A stretch of DNA of 64,000 bases, taken from Candidatus Latescibacterota bacterium. GTDB lineage: Bacteria > Latescibacterota > UBA2968 > UBA8231. Below, piece after piece: positions 59,457-64,000 of this stretch (positions within the stretch are counted from its first letter, which is position 1; every line of letters starts with the position of its first letter). The translations under genes were made by a program, and so were the position numbers. The notes beneath the pieces were generated by a model. The model worked only from the letters and a program-made list of their open reading frames with translations. It ran no database searches and had not been told where the DNA came from. The stretch lies in assembly GCA_965203355.1 (NCBI GenBank), contig OZ241889.1, positions 768,001 through 832,000 on the forward strand, read 5' to 3'.

Positions 59457-60314
59457 TCAAGGGGTTGTGCTTTCCAATTGGAGACTGAGCCAGTGCGCGT
59501 CGCCCAAGCCCGAGCCAAAAGGCACATAGGCGTAGTCGATGACCCACCGCTTGGCCGCGAGACCCACGCCGGCTGAGAGGCTGCGGTTTTCAGTGGTCTG
59601 ATAGCCGGCACGTAGGCGCAGGTGCTCGCCGGCTCGGTACTCGCCGCCTACGTGCAGCGTGAGATCGTCGCCGCGGGCCTTCTGCGCTTCGACGGCCACG
59701 AGCATGTCTGCGCGGCCGACGTAAGCAGCCCCGAAACGAGCTTCTAAAGGCAGGTCCGTCTCCCGCTGATCGAGGCGGTTCATGCGGCCCAAGTTGCGCA
59801 CCGCAGCCCCCAAGCGCAGGCTGGCTGAGATGTCGCGCATCAGCCCGAGGTCGGCAGCTAAGCCGCTGGCGTTTTGGCTGAAAATGGACTGGTGGATGAA
59901 TTTTAGCTGCAAGCCGAGGCGCGTCTGCTCCATCTGGCGGGCGTAACTCAGGCCCACTGCTCCTTCGTACACGCCGAAGTGCCCCAGCGGCTCAGCCGAG
60001 GGGCCGGCGCGACGTTCTAGGCCGTTGGCCTGCCAAAGCTGGGCGGAAAGCCCCCAAGTGCCGCGGCCGCGGGCCTGTGTCAAGTGCAAGTGGTTTTGGC
60101 GGATGCGCTGGATCGAGGCTTGGTGGTTAAAGGCGACGCTGCGTCCACGCGATTGCCGCGCTGCCGGGTTGAGGGCTTGGGCGGCAAACAGGGCCGTCTC
60201 CGCGCCAGCCAAGCCTGTAGCGCGGGCTCCGCCGCCTTGGCGCAGCGAAGGGAGGCCGCTGGCGGCGAGGGCTGTGGGCAGCATTAAAAGCGCAATCACT
60301 AAGAGAGCCATCAC
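59457..60314 (-). CDS. PorV/PorQ-family outer-membrane beta-barrel
   Basis: Signal peptide; GARA.GLA, NPA, DLG, NLG, LRAGY, DYAY motifs. Confidence 0.8.
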   Translation of the reverse strand: MMALLVIALLMLPTALAASGLPSLRQGGGARATGLAGAETALFAAQALNPAARQSRGRSVAFNHQASIQRIRQNHLHLTQARGRGTWGLSAQLWQANGLERRAGPSAEPLGHFGVYEGAVGLSYARQMEQTRLGLQLKFIHQSIFSQNASGLAADLGLMRDISASLRLGAAVRNLGRMNRLDQRETDLPLEARFGAAYVGRADMLVAVEAQKARGDDLTLHVGGEYRAGEHLRLRAGYQTTENRSLSAGVGLAAKRWVIDYAYVPFGSGLGDAHWLSLQLESTTP

Positions 60315-60317
60315 TTG

Positions 60318-61232
60318 TCAGAACGCCAGCGCTAGCCCCACGGTTGTGCGGCCCCCAGCGCCGAGGGGATCGGATAAGTAAGCGTATTGAAACTGTACGG
60401 TTTCACGCCGCGCCGGGCGCAAGGTCAAGCCCGCCGAGAGTTGGCCCCCGCCTTCGGCCCCGAGGCGGTGCAGGCCACCGCGCACCTCGAGCAGCGCACT
60501 GAGCTGCCACTCGGCCCCCAGATTGACGCTCTGTTCCCCGTCGTCGCGCACCTCGGCCGCCAACAGCAGGGCGTCCAAAAGCCGCTGGGACGCGCCAAAG
60601 ACGAGGATGCGCGGCAGGGCATTCTCGGTGGCATTCGACCGCTGATCGGCGCGGCGCACTTTCCAGGCGAGGTTGGTGTTGAGATTGGATACGCCGGCCC
60701 CGAGCCACGTATGCTCGGCCGCGCGGAACTGCACCCCCAAGTCGAAGCCGCTGCCGTTGGCCGTGGCCGTGGGAGTCGAGGGAACATCAATGCTTTGCCT
60801 GAGGACTTTAACGGCCAAACCAACCGCTAGGCGAGACCCAAGGGAGCGACCCATGCCAAAGATAAAAGCATGGGCTCGATCCTCAATCGTCCCAGTGTAC
60901 TGGCCGCTAGCGGTGCGGCCCTTGATCCCGCCAACTGCGGCATGGGACCAAGCAAAGCCAAAGCCCATGTCGCCGCGCACGTTGAGCGCGACAGCGGCAC
61001 TGCCTTGGCGTCGTCCCAGCGAGCGCGACTGAATGGAGGTCTCTAGGGTTTTGCCGCGCAAGCGGGCGAGGCCGGCCGGATTCCAGTAGGAGGACGATGC
61101 ATCGTCGGCCGCGGCGACAAAGGCCCCCAGCCCTAGGCCGCGCGCCCCCAGCCCTGTTCTGAGAAAGGCGGCGGCAAAATCGCCCCCGTGCGCGGCAGAG
61201 GCGGCGAGCAATAGTGCGAAGAGCGTTTTCAA
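60318..61232 (-). CDS. PorV/PorQ-family outer-membrane beta-barrel
   Basis: AFL..G.GARGLGLG, YWNPAGL, GFDLG, QYAY, terminal Phe; the TTG start overlaps the upstream stop. Confidence 0.85.
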   Translation of the reverse strand: MKTLFALLLAASAAHGGDFAAAFLRTGLGARGLGLGAFVAAADDASSSYWNPAGLARLRGKTLETSIQSRSLGRRQGSAAVALNVRGDMGFGFAWSHAAVGGIKGRTASGQYTGTIEDRAHAFIFGMGRSLGSRLAVGLAVKVLRQSIDVPSTPTATANGSGFDLGVQFRAAEHTWLGAGVSNLNTNLAWKVRRADQRSNATENALPRILVFGASQRLLDALLLAAEVRDDGEQSVNLGAEWQLSALLEVRGGLHRLGAEGGGQLSAGLTLRPARRETVQFQYAYLSDPLGAGGRTTVGLALAF

Positions 61233-62893
61233 TCGAGCACCACCACTCTGCCAAAGACCTGTTGGCCGGTGTCTAGGGCAATGCGATAAAAGTACGTGCC
61301 GTTGGCTACCGGTTGGCCGTCTTGATCGCGGCCATCCCAAGGGATGCTGTAATCGCCGCCGTCGGCAAAAGGCGCGTCCGTTGCAAGGTCGCGGACTAGG
61401 CCGCTGGCAAAGTCGTAGATCGCCACGGAGACTTCTGCGTCGCGTGATAGGCTAAAGACGATGGTTGCCGTTTCGCGCGAGGGGGCGAAAGGATTGGGTG
61501 CTGCGTACGCGAGTGCCGTGCTGTCGGTCACACCTCCAGTGCTGACGAAGGTCCTGTCGTCGAGTGTGCGCGTGCGGACTAGGTCGCGGATGACGCGCCA
61601 AGTGCTCCCTTCGTCTTTGGAGCGCCCGAGGCCGTTTTCGGCCCCCGCCCAGAGCACATCGCCCACTGCTGCAAGCCCGACGAAGGTGCCAGTCAGGGGC
61701 TGTCCATCGACGACTTCGATGGGGTCCCAGACGCGCTCTGAGTCGGTCGGCAGCGTTGGGTTTGGGCTAGCTAGCAGCCCTTGCTCGGTACCGGCCCAAA
61801 CAAAACTGGGGGTGAAAGCAAAATCCCAGGCAAAAGTCGGCCCAGTGTGGCTCCAGGTCTGGCCGAGGTCGCGGCTGACGCTGATGGCTTGGGTTTGACC
61901 GGGCGATGTGGTGGTATTGGTTCCCGCCCAGATGGCCGTGGTGCCGTCGGGTAGTACTTGGCGTTCGAGGGCGACGACCCAGTTGCCAGCCGGATGGCCC
62001 GGGAGGGGCATATCCTCTGCGCCGAGGCGCACTTTGGCATTCTGCCAATGCTGCCCTCCGTCAAAAGTAAAGGCAACCCCGCTGGAAGTGCCGATCCAGA
62101 CCGTATCCTCGTAAGCCATCACCGCAAAAGTGCGGTGCAGGAATGCTTGGCTGGCCAAGCTGTCGGCCGCCGTACGCAGTTGGGCGATGTTGCTTGGATC
62201 GGCGTTTGCGCCTGCGAGGCTATCGGCCAAAGTTCGCAAGCTGTCGGCCGCCGTTTCCGCGGCGAAGAAGACGATCTCGTCTGCGCCGCCGGGCAAGAAG
62301 GGTTGCCAAGTGCGGCCTTGGTCGAGCGAGCGCACGGTAGAGCCAGCAAAAAAGGCGGCGTACACGGCTTCCCCGTTGATAGAGATGTCAAAACAAGCAT
62401 TGAGGATGGTCGTGCTGGGGCTGCGCTCAAAACCAGCCTTAGTGGGGTCGAAGATGGACTCATTGGGAATGTGATGCCAGGAGTCGCCGCCGTCGTGGGA
62501 AAAACTCAACCCAGTGCCCGCTTGGCTCACGCTCTGTCCGGTGGTGACCGAATCGACTAGGGTCGCTACCCACACGGTATCGCCGACCGCGTCGAGCGCG
62601 CTAATCGCGCCGCGGCCGAGCCCGTTGCGTTCGGTAAAGGTGACCCAATCCGCGGAGTTGAGACCGCTGCTTTGCGCTGGATCGAGCCGCGCCACTCCAT
62701 TTTCGGTGCCGACCCATAGATAGCGCCCGCTCCAGACGACATCGCCGATTGAAGTGCCGAAAAGCCCGCGGACAGGCTCGGATGCTTGGTGGAAGCGCTG
62801 GGGCCGGAGCGCGTGGCCGGGCGATAGATGGGGCGCGAGGACGAGCAGCGAGAAAGAGAAGAGGAGGGTCTGGCGGAAAAAGAAATTGGTCAT
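61229..62893 (-). CDS. Secreted beta-propeller (BNR/two-component-propeller-like) protein with FlgD-Ig / T9SS-like CTD
   Basis: Repeats LWVGT..G and S.DGG.SW; C-terminal APNPF...IYD...LVR...WDGRD..G..VANGTYFY. Confidence 0.82.
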   Translation of the reverse strand: MTNFFFRQTLLFSFSLLVLAPHLSPGHALRPQRFHQASEPVRGLFGTSIGDVVWSGRYLWVGTENGVARLDPAQSSGLNSADWVTFTERNGLGRGAISALDAVGDTVWVATLVDSVTTGQSVSQAGTGLSFSHDGGDSWHHIPNESIFDPTKAGFERSPSTTILNACFDISINGEAVYAAFFAGSTVRSLDQGRTWQPFLPGGADEIVFFAAETAADSLRTLADSLAGANADPSNIAQLRTAADSLASQAFLHRTFAVMAYEDTVWIGTSSGVAFTFDGGQHWQNAKVRLGAEDMPLPGHPAGNWVVALERQVLPDGTTAIWAGTNTTTSPGQTQAISVSRDLGQTWSHTGPTFAWDFAFTPSFVWAGTEQGLLASPNPTLPTDSERVWDPIEVVDGQPLTGTFVGLAAVGDVLWAGAENGLGRSKDEGSTWRVIRDLVRTRTLDDRTFVSTGGVTDSTALAYAAPNPFAPSRETATIVFSLSRDAEVSVAIYDFASGLVRDLATDAPFADGGDYSIPWDGRDQDGQPVANGTYFYRIALDTGQQVFGRVVVLD

Positions 62894-62930
62894 CAAGCGA
62901 GCATTTTTGCTGCGGCCAGCGCTGGGCCAC

Positions 62931-63758
62931 TCAAGCATAGGTAGCGGCCCGCTCGCGCATGGCCTCGATTACTTCGTAGCCGACTCCGTAGTCGCCGATG
63001 CGAGTGCCTTCGCTGTCGCCGTGGCTATCGGATCCTCCCGACTTGATTAGGGCATGGCGGTCGGCGAGCTGGTCGTAGTATTCCATCTGCGCTGGCTGGT
63101 GGGACGGATGGAAGACCTCAATACCGTCGAGCCCGTAGGCGACTAGCTGCTCGATAATGGACTCGGGGAGACTGATGCTGGGGTGGGCGAGCACGGCTAC
63201 GCCGCCCGTGCGATGAATGAGGTCGATGAGGTCGTTGGCCGCGGCGTAGGGCTTAGGCTGAAAGGCCGGACCGCGATCGCCGATGTAGCGGCTGAAGGCT
63301 TCGTCCCTATCGGCTACTAGACCGTTTTCCACCATGGCCGCGGCGATGTGCGGCCGCCCGAGGGGGCTGCCGTTGGCTTGGGCGAGCACGTCGTCGAGGC
63401 TGACGGTCAGTCCTATGCTGTTGAGCGCTCTGATGATCGCGATTCCCCGCTGGTGGCGGGCTTGAAAAGACTTGGCGAGGGTCGTACCGAGCTGATCGTC
63501 TTGGTAGTTGATGCAGTAGGCGAGAATGTGTACCTCGCGGTCCCGGACGTGGGCACTCAGTTCGGTGCCGGGCACTACTTCCATGTGCATACGCTCGCCG
63601 GCCGCCGTGGCCTCGGGGACGCCTTGGACCGTATCGTGATCGGTCAAACTCATCGCTTGCAAGCCCGCTTCGCAGGCCTCTTGGACCGCTTCGGTCGGCG
63701 TTCGCAACCCGTCGGAGCACAGAGAATGTGTGTGGAGATCGGCTAAATTGTAAGACAT
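62931..63758 (-). CDS. PHP-domain phosphoesterase (YciV/TrpH-like)
   Basis: DLHTHS..SDG, LTDHD, GRPHIA, LAHP, GGSDSHG. Confidence 0.93.
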   Translation of the reverse strand: MSYNLADLHTHSLCSDGLRTPTEAVQEACEAGLQAMSLTDHDTVQGVPEATAAGERMHMEVVPGTELSAHVRDREVHILAYCINYQDDQLGTTLAKSFQARHQRGIAIIRALNSIGLTVSLDDVLAQANGSPLGRPHIAAAMVENGLVADRDEAFSRYIGDRGPAFQPKPYAAANDLIDLIHRTGGVAVLAHPSISLPESIIEQLVAYGLDGIEVFHPSHQPAQMEYYDQLADRHALIKSGGSDSHGDSEGTRIGDYGVGYEVIEAMRERAATYA

Positions 63759-63873
63759 AAGGCATTTTTACCCTAAGTGAGAATACTTTCTAAAGTTCTA
63801 AATAAAAAGAAAGCCTTTTGTCGTGCTCAATCAAGCCCTATGCCTCGGCCTCGCACAGCGAGTGCGCGTCTTG

Positions 63874-63999
63874 CTACATGGGACTGTTGGAAAGCTCGAG
63901 CAGCAGGTCGCCAGAGTGGGTTCGCATTTTATCGAGAGCCTCGTCTCTGAGTTGGCGCACTCGCTCGCGCGTGAGGCCCAACTGCCCGCCGATTTTCTC
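63874..63999 (-). CDS. RNA polymerase sigma-70 family factor, C-terminal region 4 (partial, runs off the window)
   Basis: Minus strand reads EKIGGQLGLTRERVRQLRDEALDKMR...*; absent from the ORF track. Confidence 0.9.
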   Translation of the reverse strand, partial: EKIGGQLGLTRERVRQLRDEALDKMRTHSGDLLLELSNSPM

Positions 64000-64000
64000 C

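Overview
High-GC bacterial chromosomal segment. Its gene content suggests an FCB-group organism, plausibly Latescibacterota-like and marine or sponge-associated; this is inference from the PorV-like barrels, FlgD/T9SS-like C-terminal domains, PhyH-HEAT proteins and opine dehydrogenase. The backbone is housekeeping and catabolic: amtB, recQ, phoX, birA-oadGBA, dgcNA, groEL with a CIRCE, lipB-icd-moaC, argF, nrnA, surA, mfd, tRNA-Ala(GGC), fmt, yajC, tgt and a partial sigma-70 gene. Accessory DNA includes: (i) a lower-GC pair of dynamin-like GTPases at the left edge resembling the LeoBC/LeoA (Eleos) anti-phage layout, the first ending in what looks like a degenerate NusA-type tandem KH module; (ii) four toxin-antitoxin loci, one with a truncated toxin and one forming a ~1 kb integrase-less mini-island between 54-bp direct repeats of the recQ 3' end; (iii) a membrane-anchored protein built from combinatorial 33-bp repeats; (iv) a MITE-like element; and (v) unannotated pseudogene fragments (GNAT, HEAT, PhyH, nirB/nirD). 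The backbone also appears depleted of CCWGG and enriched in CTTGG/CCAAG/CTAGG, while the GTPase island is not. All assignments come from motif recognition by eye; no database searches were run.
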